From the NCBI GenBank assembly GCA_964016885.1, contig OZ024744.1, positions 16,740,001 to 16,804,000 on the forward strand: a stretch of DNA of 64,000 bases. Direction: 5' to 3'. The position numbers were made by a program, and so were the translations under genes. The notes below the pieces were generated by a model, which saw only the letters and a list, made by a program, of their open reading frames with translations, made no database searches and was not told the origin of the DNA. How positions within the stretch are numbered: the stretch's first letter is position 1; every line of letters starts with the position of its first letter. Below, piece by piece: positions 42,478-55,029 of this stretch. The stretch comes from Eledone cirrhosa (taxonomy: Eukaryota).

Positions 42478-45400
42478 TGTTCACCTGAAGAATGTGTCCT
42501 GTGTTTACTGTAGTACTGTGTAAAGTGTACTGTTCACCTGAAAAATATGTCCTGTGTTTACTGTAGTACTGTGTAAAGTGTACTGTTCATCTGAAGAATA
42601 TGTCCTGTGTTTACTGTAGTACTGTGTAAAGTATAATGTTTAGCTGAAGAAAGTGTCCTGTGTTTACTGTAGTACTGTGTAAAGTGTACTGTTCACCTGA
42701 AGAATGTGTCCTGTGTTTACTGTGGTACAGTGTAAAGTGTACTGTTCACCTGAAGAAAGTGTCCTGTGTTTACTGTAGTAACGTGTAAAGTGTACTGTTC
42801 ACTTGAAGAATGTGTCCTGTGTTTACTGTAGTACTGTGTAAAGTGTACTGTTCACCTGAAGAATGTGTCCTGTGTTTACTGTAGTACTGTCTAAAGTGTA
42901 CTGTTCAGCTGAAGAATGTGTCCTGTGTTTACTGTAGTACTGTGTAAAGTGTACTGTTCACCTGAAGAATGTGTCCTGTGTTGACTGTAGTACTGTGTAA
43001 AGTGTATTGTTCACATGAAGAATGTGTCCTGTGTTTACTGTAGTACTGTGTAAAGTGTACTGTTCACCTGACGAATGTGTCCTGTGTTGACTGTGGTACA
43101 GTGTAGAGGGTACTGTTCAGCTGAGGAATGTGTCCTGTGTTTACTGTAGTACTGTGTAAAGTGTACTGTTCAGTTGAAGAATGTGTCCTGTGTTTACTGT
43201 AGTACTGTGTAAAGTGTACTGTTCACCTGAAGAAAGTGCCTGTGTTGACTGTAGTACTGTGTAAAGTGTGCTGTTCAGCTGAGGAATGTGTCCTGTGTTT
43301 ACTGTAGTACTGTGTAAAGTGTACTGTTCAGCTGAGGAATGTGTCCTGTGTTTACTGTAGTACTGTGTAAAGTGTACTATTCACCTGAGGAATGTGTACT
43401 GTGTTTACTGTAGTACTGTGTAAAGTGTACTGTTCACCTGAAGAAAGTGTCCTGTGTTTATTGTAGTACTGTGTAAAGTGTACTGTTCACCTGAAGAATG
43501 TGTCCTGTGTTTACTGTAGTACTGTGTAACGTGTACTGTTCACCTGAAGAAAGTGTCCTGTGTTTACTGTAGTAACGTGTAAAGTGTACTGTTCACCTGA
43601 AGAATGTGTCCTGTGTTTACTGTAGTACTGTGTAAAGTGTACTGTTCACCTGAAGAAAGTGTCCTGTGTTTATTGTAGTAACGTGTAAAGTGTACTGTTC
43701 ACCTGAAGAATGTGTCCTGTGTTTACTGTAGTACTGTGTAAAGTGTACTGTTCACCTGAAGAAAGTGTCCTGTGTTTACTGTAGTAACGTGTAAAGTGTA
43801 CTGTTCACCTGAAGAATGTGTCCTGTGTTTACTGTAGTACTGTCTAAAGTGTACTGTTCACCTGAAGAAAGTGTCCTGTGTTTATTGTAGTAACGTGTAA
43901 AGTGTACTGTTCACCTGAAGAATGTGTCCTGTGTTTACTGTAGTACTGTGTAAAGTGTACTGTTCACCTAAAGAATGTGTCCTGTGTTTACTGTAGTACT
44001 GTGTAAAGTGTACTGTTCACCTGAAGAAAGTGTCCTGTGTTTATTGTAGTAACGTGTAAAGTGTACCGTTCACCTGAAGAATGTGTCCTGTGTTTACTGT
44101 AGTACTGTGTAAAGTGTACTGTTCACCTGAAGAAAGTGTCCTGTGTTTACTTTAGTAACGTGTAAAGTGTACTGTTCACCTGAAGAATGTGTCCTGTGTT
44201 TACTGTAGTACTGTGTAAAGTGTACTGTTCACCTGAAGAATGTGTCCTGTGTTTACTGTAGTACTGTGTAAAGTGTACTGTTCACCTGAAGAAAGTGTCC
44301 TGTGTTTATTGTAGTAACGTGTAAAGTGTACTGTTCACCTGAAGAATGTGTCCTGTGTTTACTGTAGTACTGACTAAAGTGTACTGTTCACCTGAAGAAA
44401 GTGTCCTGTGTTTATTGTAGTAACGTGTAAAGTGTACTGTTCACCTGAAGAATGTATCCTGTGTTTACTGTAGTACTGTGTAAAGTGTACTGTTCACCTG
44501 AAGAATGTGTCCTGTGTTTAATGTAGTACTGTGTAAAGTGTACTGTTCAGCTGAACAATGTGTCCTGTGTTTACTGTAGTACTGTGTAAAGTGTACTGTT
44601 CACCTGAAGAAAGTTTCCTGTGTGGACTGTAGTACTGTGTAAAGTGTACTGTTCAGCTGAGGAATGTGTCCAGTGTTTACTGTAGTACTGTGTAAAGTGT
44701 ACTGTTCAGCTGAAGAATGTGTCCTGTGTTTACTGTAGTACTGTGTAAAGTGTACTGTTCACCTGAAGAAAGTGTCCTGTGTTTACTGTAGTAACGTGTA
44801 ACGTGTACTGTTCACCTGAAGAATGTGTCCTGTGTTTACTGTAGTACTGTGTAAAGTGTACTGTTCACCTGAAGAAAGTGTCCTGTGTTTATTGTAGTAA
44901 CGTGTAAAGTGTACTGTTCACCTGAAGAATGTGGCCTGTGTTTACTGTAGTACTGTGTAAAGTGTACTGTTCACCTGAAGAAAGTGTCCTGTGTTTACTG
45001 TAGTAACGTGTAAAGTGTACTGTTCACCTGAAGAATGTGTCCTGTGTTTACTGTAGTACTGTGTAAAGTGTACTGTTCACCTGAAGAAAGTGTCCTGTGT
45101 TTATTGTAGTAACGTGTAAAGTGCACTGTTCACCTGAAGAATGTGTCCTGTGTTTAATGTAGTACTGTGTAAAGTGTATTGTTCACATGAAGAATGTGTC
45201 CTGTGTTTACTGTAGTACTGTGTAAAGTGTACTGTTCACCTGAAGAAAGTGTCCTGTGTTTACTGTAGTAACGTGTAAAGTGTACTGTTCACCTGAAGAA
45301 TGTGTCCTGTGTTTACTGTAGTACTGTGTAAAGTGTACTGTTCACCTGAAGAAAGTGTCCTGTGTTTACTGTAGTAACGTGTAAAGTGTACTGTTCACCT

Positions 45401-48400
45401 GAAGAATGTGTCCTGTGTTTACTGTAGTACTGTGTAAAGTGTACTGTTCACCTGAAGAAAGTGTCCTGTGTTTACTGTAGTAACGTGTAAAGTGTACTGT
45501 TCACCCAAAGAATGTGTCCTGTATTTACTGTAGTACTGTGTAAAGTGTACTGTTCAGCTGAAGAAAGTGTCCTGTGTTTACTGTAGTAACGTGTAAAGTG
45601 TATTGTTCACCTGAAGAATGTGTCCTGTGTTTACTGTAGTACTGTGTAAAGTGTACTGTTCACCTGAAAAATATGTCCTGTGTTTACTGTAGTACTGTGT
45701 AAAGTGTACTGTTCATCTGAAGAATATGTCCTGTGTTTACTGTAGTACTGTGTAAAGTATAATGTTTAGCTGAAGAAAGTGTCCTGTGTTTACTGTAGTA
45801 CTGTGTAAAGTGTACTGTTCACCTGAAGAATGTGTCCTGTGTTTACTGTGGTACAGTGTAAAGTGTACTGTTCACCTGAAGAAAGTGTCCTGTGTTTACT
45901 GTAGTAACGTGTAAAGTGTACTGTTCACTTGAAGAATGTGTCCTGTGTTTACTGTAGTACTGTGTAAAGTGTACTGTTCACCTGAAGAATGTGTCCTGTG
46001 TTTACTGTAGTACTGTCTAAAGTGTACTGTTCAGCTGAAGAATGTGTCCTGTGTTTACTGTAGTACTGTGTAAAGTGTACTGTTCACCTGAAGAATGTGT
46101 CCTGTGTTGACTGTAGTACTGTGTAAAGTGTATTGTTCACATGAAGAATGTGTCCTGTGTTTACTGTAGTACTGTGTAAAGTGTACTGTTCACCTGACGA
46201 ATGTGTCCTGTGTTGACTGTGGTACAGTGTAGAGGGTACTGTTCAGCTGAGGAATGTGTCCTGTGTTTACTGTAGTACTGTGTAAAGTGTACTGTTCAGT
46301 TGAAGAATGTGTCCTGTGTTTACTGTAGTACTGTGTAAAGTGTACTGTTCACCTGAAGAAAGTGCCTGTGTTGACTGTAGTACTGTGTAAAGTGTACTGT
46401 TCAGCTGAGGAATGTGTCCTGTGTTTACTGTAGTACTGTGTAAAGTGTACTGTTCAGCTGAGGAATGTGTCCTGTGTTTACTGTAGTACTGTGTAAAGTG
46501 TACTATTCACCTGAGGAATGTGTACTGTGTTTACTGTAGTACTGTGTAAAGTGTACTGTTCACCTGAAGAAAGTGTCCTGTGTTTATTGTAGTACTGTGT
46601 AAAGTGTACTGTTCACCTGAAGAATGTGTCCTGTGTTTACTGTAGTACTGTGTAACGTGTACTGTTCACCTGAAGAAAGTGTCCTGTGTTTACTGTAGTA
46701 ACGTGTAAAGTGTACTGTTCACCTGAAGAATGTGTCCTGTGTTTACTGTAGTACTGTGTAAAGTGTACTGTTCACCTGAAGAAAGTGTCCTGTGTTTATT
46801 GTAGTAACGTGTAAAGTGTACTGTTCACCTGAAGAATGTGTCCTGTGTTTACTGTAGTACTGTGTAAAGTGTACTGTTCACCTGAAGAAAGTGTCCTGTG
46901 TTTACTGTAGTAACGTGTAAAGTGTACTGTTCACCTGAAGAATGTGTCCTGTGTTTACTGTAGTACTGTCTAAAGTGTACTGTTCACCTGAAGAAAGTGT
47001 CCTGTGTTTATTGTAGTAACGTGTAAAGTGTACTGTTCACCTGAAGAATGTGTCCTATGTTTACTGTAGTACTGTGTAAAGTGTACTGTTCACCTAAAGA
47101 ATGTGTCCTGTGTTTACTGTAGTACTGTGTAAAGTGTACTGTTCACCTGAAGAAAGTGTCCTGTGTTTATTGTAGTAACGTGTAAAGTGTACCGTTCACC
47201 TGAAGAATGTGTCCTGTGTTTACTGTAGTACTGTGTAAAGTGTACTGTTCACCTGAAGAAAGTGTCCTGTGTTTACTGTAGTAACGTGTAAAGTGTACTG
47301 TTCACCTGAAGAATGTGTCCTGTGTTTACTGTAGTACTGTGTAAAGTGTACTGTTCACCTGAAGAATGTGTCCTGTGTTTACTGTAGTACTGTGTAAAGT
47401 GTACTGTTCACCTGAAGAAAGTGTCCTGTGTTTATTGTAGTAACGTGTAAAGTGTACTGTTCACCTGAAGAATGTGTCCTGTGTTTACTGTAGTACTGTC
47501 TAAAGTGTACTGTTCACCTGAAGAAAGTGTCCTGTGTTTATTGTAGTAACGTGTAAAGTGTACTGTTCACCTGAAGAATGTATCCTGTGTTTACTGTAGT
47601 ACTGTGTAAAGTGTACTGTTCACCTGAAGAATGTGTCCTGTGTTTAATGTAGTACTGTGTAAAGTGTACTGTTCAGCTGAACAATGTGTCCTGTGTTTAC
47701 TGTAGTACTGTGTAAAGTGTACTGTTCACCTGAAGAAAGTTTCCTGTGTTGACTGTAGTACTGTGTAAAGTGTACTGTTCAGCTGAGGAATGTGTCCTGT
47801 GTTTACTGTAGTACTGTGTAAAGTGTACTGTTCAGCTGAAGAATGTGTCCTGTGTTTACTGTAGTACTGTGTAAAGTGTACTGTTCACCTGAAGAAAGTG
47901 TCCTGTGTTTACTGTAGTAACGTGTAACGTGTACTGTTCACCTGAAGAATGTGTCCTGTGTTTACTGTAGTACTGTGTAAAGTGTACTGTTCACCTGAAG
48001 AAAGTGTCCTGTGTTTATTGTAGTAACGTGTAAAGTGTACTGTTCACCTGAAGAATGTGGCCTGTGTTTACTGTAGTACTGTGTAAAGTGTACTGTTCAC
48101 CTGAAGAAAGTGTCCTGTGTTTACTGTAGTAACGTGTAAAGTGTACTGTTCACCTGAAGAATGTGTCCTGTGTTTACTGTAGTACTGTGTAAAGTGTACT
48201 GTTCACCTGAAGAAAGTGTCCTGTGTTTATTGTAGTAACGTGTAAAGTGCACTGTTCACCTGAAGAATGTGTCCTGTGTTTAATGTAGTACTGTGTAAAG
48301 TGTATTGTTCACATGAAGAATGTGTCCTGTGTTTACTGTAGTACTGTGTAAAGTGTACTGTTCACCTGAAGAAAGTGTCCTGTGTTTACTGTAGTAACGT

Positions 48401-48794
48401 GTAAAGTGTACTGTTCACCTGAAGAATGTGTCCTGTGTTTACTGTAGTACTGTGTAAAGTGTACTGTTCACCTGAAGAAAGTGTCCTGTGTTTACTGTAG
48501 TAACGTGTAAAGTGTACTGTTCACCTGAAGAATGTGTCCTGTGTTTACTGTAGTACTGTGTAAAGTGTACTGTTCACCTGAAGAAAGTGTCCTGTGTTTA
48601 CTGTAGTAACGTGTAAAGTGTACTGTTCACCCAAAGAATGTGTCCTGTATTTACTGTAGTACTGTGTAAAGTGTACTGTTCAGCTGAAGAAAGTGTCCTG
48701 TGTTTACTGTAGTAACGTGTAAAGTGTATTGTTCACCTGAAGAATGTGTCCTGTGTTTACTGTAGTACTGTGTAAAGTGTACTGTTCACCTGAA
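42478..48794. repeat. Tandem duplication of a 3,126-bp block (59 monomers minus 1 bp)
   Basis: Markers at +3126: AAAAATATG 42541/45667, GTAGAGGG ~43103/~46229, GTGGCC 44931/48057. Several private SNVs distinguish the copies (~43270, 44152, 44373, 44624). Confidence 0.85.
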
Positions 48795-51700
48795 GAAAGT
48801 GTCCTGTGTTTACTGTAGTAACGTGTAAAGTGTACTGTTCACCTGAAGAATGTGTCCTGTGTTGACTGTAGTACAGTGTAAAGGGTACTGTTCAGCTGAG
48901 GAATGTGTCCTGTGTTTACTGTAGTACTGTGTAAAGTGTACTGTTCAGCTGAAGAATGTGTCCTGTGTTTACTGTAGTACTGTGTAAAGTGTACTGTTCA
49001 CCTGAAAAAAGTGTCCTGTGTTGACTCTAGTACTGTGTAAAGTGTACTGTTCAGCTGAGGAATGTGTCCTGTGTTTACTGTAGTACTGTGTAAAGTGTAC
49101 TGTTCAGCTGAAGAATGTGTCCTGTATTTACTGTAGTACTGTGTAAAGTGTACTATTCACCTGAGGAATGTGTCCTGTGTTTACTGTAGTACTGTGTAAA
49201 GTGTACTGTTCACCTGAAGAATGTGTCCTGTGTTTACTGTAGTACTGTGTAAAGTGTACTGTTCACCTGAAGAATGTGTCCTGTGTTTACTGTAGTAACG
49301 TGTAAAGTGTACTGTTCACCTGAATAATGTGTCCTGTGTTTACTGTAGTACTGTGTAAAGTGTACTGTTCACCTGAAGAATGTGTCCTGTGTTTACTGTA
49401 GTACTGTGTAAAGTGTACTGTTCACCTGAAGAAAGTGTCCTGTGTTTACTGTAGTAACGTGTAAAGTGTACTGTTCACCTGAAGAATGTGTCCTGTGTTT
49501 ACTGTAGTACTGTGTAAAGTGTACTGTTCACCTGAAGAAAGTGTCCTGTGTTTACTGTAGTAACGTGTAAAGTGTACTGTTCACCTGAAGAATGTGTCCT
49601 GTGTTTACTGTAGTACCGTGTAAAGTGTACTGTTCACCTGAAGAAAGTGTCCTGTGTTTACTGTAGTAACGTGTAAAGTGTACTGTTCACCCGAAGTATG
49701 TGTCCTGTATTTACTGTAGTACTGTGTAAAGTGTACTGTTCACCTGAAGAAAGTGTCCTGTGTTTACTGTAGTAACGTGTAAAGTGTACTGTTCACCTGA
49801 AGAATGTGTCCTGTGTTTACTGTAGTACTGTGTATAGTGTACTGTTCACCTGAAGAAAGTGTCCTGTGTTTATTGTAGTAACGTGTAAAGTGTACTGTTC
49901 ACCTGAACAATGTGTCCTGTGTTTACTGTAGTACTGTGTAAAGTGTACTGTTCACCTGAAGAATGTGTCCTGTGTTTACTGTAGTACTGTGTAAAGTGTA
50001 CTGTTCACCTGAAGAAAGTGTCCTGTGTTTACTGTAGTAACGTGTAAAGTGTACTGTTCACCTGAAGATTGTGTCCTGTGTTTACTGTAGTACTGTGTAA
50101 AGTGTACTGTTCACCTGAAGAATGTGTCCTGTGTTGACTGTAGTACAGTGTAAAGGGTACTGTTCAGCTGAGGAATGTGTCCTGTGTTTACTGTAGTACT
50201 GTGTAAAGTGTACTGTTCAGCTGAACAATGTGTCCTGTGTTTACTGTAGTACTGTGTAAAGTGTACTGTTCACCTGAAGAAAGTGTCCTGTGTTGACTGT
50301 AGTACTGTGTAAAGTGTACTGTTCAGCTGAGGAATGTGTCCTGTGTTTACTGTAGTACTGTGTAAAGTGTACTGTTCAGCTGAAGAATGTGTCCTGTGTT
50401 TACTGTAGTACTGTGTAAAGTGTACTATTCACCTGAGGAATGTGTCCTGTGTTTACTGTAGTACTGTGTAAAGTGTACTGTTCACCTGAAGAATGTGTCC
50501 TGTGTTTACTGTAGTACTGTGTAAAGTGTACTGTTCACCTGAAGAAAGTGTCCTGTGTTTACTGTAGTAACGTGTAAAGTGTACTGTTCACCTGAAGAAT
50601 GTGTCCTGTGTTTACTGTAGTACTGTGTAAAGTGTACTGTTCACCTGAAGAAAATGTCCTGTGTTTATTGTAGTAACGTGTAAAGTGTACTGTTCACCTG
50701 AAGAATGTGTCCTGTGTTTACTGTAGTACTGTGTAAAGTGTACTGTTCACCTGAAGAAAGTGTCCTGTGTTTACTGTAGAAACGTGTAAAGTGTACTGTT
50801 CACCTGAAGAATGTGTCCTGTGTTTACTGTAGTACTGTGTAAAGTGTACTGTTCACCTGAAGAAAGTGTCCTGTGTTTATTGTAGTAACGTGTAAAGTGT
50901 ACTGTTCACCTGAAGAATGTGTCCTGTGTTTACTGTAGTACTGTGTAAAGTGTACTGTTCACCTGAAGAAAGTGTCCTGTGTTTACTGTAGTAACGTGTA
51001 AAGTGTACTGTTCACCTGAAGAATGTGTCCTGTGTTTACTGTAGTACTGTGTAAAGTGTACTGTTCACCTGAAGAATGTGTCCTGTGTTTACTGTAGTAC
51101 TGTGTAAAGTGTACTGTTCACCTGAAGAATGTGTCCTGTGTTTACTGTAGTACTGTGTAAAGTGTACTGTTCACCTGAAGAAAGTGTCCTGTGTTTACTG
51201 TAGTAACGTGTAAAGTGTACTGTTCACCTGAAGAATGTGTCCTGTGTTTACTGTAGTACTGTGTAAAGTGTACTGTCCACCTGACGAAAGTGTCCTGTGT
51301 TTACTGTAGTAACGTGTAAAGTGTACTGTTCACCTGAAGAATGTGTCCTGTGTTTACTGTAGTACTGTGTAAAGTGTACTGTTCACCTGAAGAATGTGTC
51401 CTGTGTTTACTGTAGTACTGTGTAAAGTGTACTGTTCACCTGAAGAAAGTGTCCTGTGTTTATTGTAGTAACGTGTAAAGTGTACTGTTCACCTGAAGAA
51501 TGTGTCCTGTGTTTACTGTAGTACTGTGTAATGTGTACTGTTCACCTGAAGAATGTGTCCTGTGTTTATTGTAGTAACGTGTAAAGTGTACTGTTCACCT
51601 GAAGAATGTGTCCTGTGTTTACTGTAGTACTGTGTAAAGTGTACTGTTCACCTGAAGAAAGTGTCCTGTGTTTATTGTAGTAACGTGTAAAGTGTACTGT

Positions 51701-53121
51701 TCACCTGAAGAATGTGTCCTGTGTTTACTGTAGTACTGTGTAAAGTGTACTGTTCACCTGAAGAAAGTGTCCTGTGTTTACTGTAGTAACGTGTAAAGTG
51801 TACTGTTCACCTGAAGAATGTGTCCTGTGTTTACTGTAGTACTGTGTAAAGTGTACTGTTCACCTGAAGAAAGTGTCCTGTGTTTACTGTAGTAACGTGT
51901 AAAGTGTACTGTTCACCTGAAGAATGTGTCCTGTGTTTACTGTAGTACTGTGTAAAGTGTACTGTTCACCTGAAGAAAGTGTCCTGTGTTTATTGTAGTA
52001 ACGTGTAAAGTGTACTGTTCACCTGAAGAATGTGTCCTGTGTTTACTGTAGTACTGTGTAAAGTGTACTGTTCACCTGAAGAAAGTGTCCTGTGTTTACT
52101 GTAGTAACGTGTAAAGTGTACTGTTCACCTGAAGAATGTGTCCTGTGTTTACTGTAGTACTGTGTAAAGTGTACTGTTCACCTGAAGAAAGTGTCCTGTG
52201 TTTACTGTAGTAACGTGTAAAGTGTACTGTTCACCTGAAGAATGTGTCCTGTGTTTACTGTAGTACTGTGTAAAGTGTACTGTTCACCTGAAGAAAGTGT
52301 CCTCTGTTTATTGTAGTAACGTGTAAAGTGTACTGTTCACCTGAAGAATGTGTCCTGTGTTTACTGTAGTACTGTGTAAAGTGTACTGTTCACCTGAAGA
52401 AAGTGTCCTGTGTTTACTGTAGTAACGTGTAAAGTGTACTGTTCACCTGAAGAATGTGTCCTGTGTTTACTGTAGTACTGTGTAAAGTGTACTGTTCACC
52501 TGAAGAAAGTGTCCTGTGTTTATTGTAGTAACGTGTAAAGTGTACTGTTCACCTGAACAATGTGTCCTGTGTTTACTGTAGTACTGTGTAAGGTGTACTG
52601 TTCACCTGAAGAATGTGTCCTGTGTTTACTGTAGTACTGTGTAAAGTGTACTGTTCACCTGAAGAAAGTGTCCTGTGTTTACTGTAGTAACGTGTAAAGT
52701 GTACTGTTCACCTGAAGAATGTGTCCTGTGTTTACTGTAGTACTGTGTAAAGTGTACTGTTCACCTGAAGAATGTGTCCTGTGTTGACTGTAGTACAGTG
52801 TAAAGGGTACTGTTCACCTGAAGAAAGTGTCCTGTGTTGACTGTAGTACTGTGTACAGTGTACTGTTCAGCTGAGGAATGTGTCCTGTGTTTACTGTAGT
52901 ACTGTGTAAAGTGTACTGTTTAGCTGAAGAATGTGTCCTGTGTTTATTGTAGTACTGTGTAAAATGTACTGTTCACCTGAAGAATGTGTCCTGTGTTTAC
53001 TGTAGTACTGTGTAAAGTGTACTGTTCAGCTGAAGAATGTGTCCTGTGTTGACTGTCGTACTGTGTAAAGTGTACTGTTCAGCTGAAGAATGTGTCCTGT
53101 GTTTACTGTAGTACTGTGTAA

Positions 53122-53876
53122 AGTGTACTGTTCAGCTGAAGAATGTGTCCTGTGTTTACTGTAGTACTGTGTAAAGTGTACTGTTCAGCTGAAGAATGTG
53201 TCCTGTGTTTACTGTAGTACTGTGTAAAGTGTACTGTTCACCTGAAGAATGTGTCTTGTGTTTACTGTAGTACTGTGTAAAGTGTACTGTTCAGCTGAAG
53301 AATGTGTCCTGTGTTTACTGTAGTACTGTGTAAAGTGTACTGTTCAGCTGAAGAATGTGTCCTGTGTTTACTGTAGTACTGTGTAAAGTGTACTGTTCAC
53401 CAGAAGAATGTGTCCTGTGTTTACTGTAGTACTGTGTAAAGTGTACTGTTCAGCTGAAGAATGTGTCCTGTGTTTACTGTAGTACTGTGTACAGTGTACT
53501 GTTCAGCTGAAGAATGTGTCCTGTGTTTACTGTAGTACTGTGTAAAGTGTACTGTTCAGCTGAAGAATGTGTCCTGTGTTTACTGTAGTACTGTGTAAAG
53601 TGTACTGTTCACCTGAAGAATGTGTCTTGTGTTTACTGTAGTACTGTGTAAAGTGTACTGTTCAGCTGAAGAATGTGTCCTGTGTTTACTGTAGTACTGT
53701 GTAAAGTGTACTGTTCAGCTGAAGAATGTGTCCTGTGTTTACTGTAGTACTGTGTAAAGTGTACTGTTCACCAGAAGAATGTGTCCTGTGTTTACTGTAG
53801 TACTGTGTAAAGTGTACTGTTCAGCTGAAGAATGTGTCCTGTGTTTACTGTAGTACTGTGTACAGTGTACTGTTCA
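53122..53876. repeat. 7-monomer (371-bp) tandem duplication near the array end
   Basis: GTGTCTTGTG 53251/53622, CAGAAG 53401/53772 and ACAGTG 53491/53862 are all offset by 371. Confidence 0.85.
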
Positions 53877-55029
53877 CCTGAAGAATGTGTCCTGTGTTTA
53901 CTGTAGTACTGTGTAAAGTGTACTGTTCACATGAAGAATGTGTCCTGTGTTTACTGTAGTACTGTGTAAAGTGTACTGTTCACCTGAAGAATGTGTCCTG
54001 TGTTTACTGTAGTACTGTGTAAAGTGTACTGTTCACCTGACGAATGTGTCCTGTGTTTACTGTAGTACTGTGTAAAGTGTACTGTTCAGCTGAAGAATGT
54101 GTCCTGTGTTTACTGTAGTACTGTGTACAGTGTACTGTTCACCTGAAGAATGTGTCCTGTGTTTACTGTAGTACATTGTAAAGTGTACTGTTCACCTGAA
54201 GAATGTGTCCTGTGTTTACTGTAGTACTGTGTAATGTGTACTGTTCAGCTGAAGAATGTGTCCTGTGTTGACTGTAGTACTGTGTAAAGTGTATTGTTCA
54301 CATGAAGAATGTGTCCTGTGTTTACTTACGAAACTAGACGTTGCTGCCGTATCGATAGTATCAATGAATTTATTTTGATTTATTAAGGGCTGGAAAGTTG
54401 AAAATCAAGTGATCAGTTGTCTCATTACACAATATGCATTTGCTAATAACAATAGCCTCCTCTTGTTATTCTATAAGTTTGTATAGCTTCTCCCCTCCCA
54501 CCATCAGTCCTATGTATCTAAAATCACAATCAAACTTGTTACATATTTCAGAGCTCTTAATTCATTTCTAGATGTTTACTTCCACAATGTCTTACTTTCT
54601 CAAATATTCACTATGAAGTCGTATTTCTTTCCATTCTTTTTCTTCAGAATATTTTGTTGTGGTTTCATATGTTTTTCTTCGTTTTTTTTCTTTCTAAACC
54701 TTTTTCTTCTGTGTAGTTAGTTTCCTGTTTGTACTTTATGGCTTCAAATATATTTTGTGTTATTGTAATACACTAAACAGTTTTTTCTATGTAAATATTT
54801 TTAAATGTCACAGATGTCATTTTGTATTAGTTTTCAATCTATATTAAATCTTACATTTCCTGTGGGTAGGTATATACCATCTACATCAGCTTCGTTATAA
54901 TGGAGTGTGAAGTTAGTATATGTTCTTCCAGAATACTTTATTTGCTGATCTAAAGTTTGATTCTAATTTAATCCCCAAGTCCTCGCGTGTCTTATCTTTT
55001 GACATCTATACTCTCTCTGTTTCACCATG

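Larger units (their letters stand above)
1..54326. repeat. 53-bp satellite DNA array, about 1,025 head-to-tail monomers, open at the left window edge
   Basis: Consensus ATGTGTCCTGTGTTTACTGTAGTACTGTGTAAAGTGTACTGTTCACCTGAAGA (21/53 GC, no CpG) repeats without spacers or inversions. Most monomers have 0-3 substitutions. Rare 36-, 52-, 54- and 61-bp length variants occur. The last partial monomer is 54309-54326. Confidence 0.99.

Noticed and set aside
1-54300. Internal monomers as active hammerhead ribozymes
   Set aside because: CUGANGA is present, but there is no properly placed GAAA box, stem II or UH site.
1-54326. CRISPR array interpretation of the regular repeat
   Set aside because: There are no unique spacers and no cas genes, and the context is eukaryotic LINE/SINE sequence.
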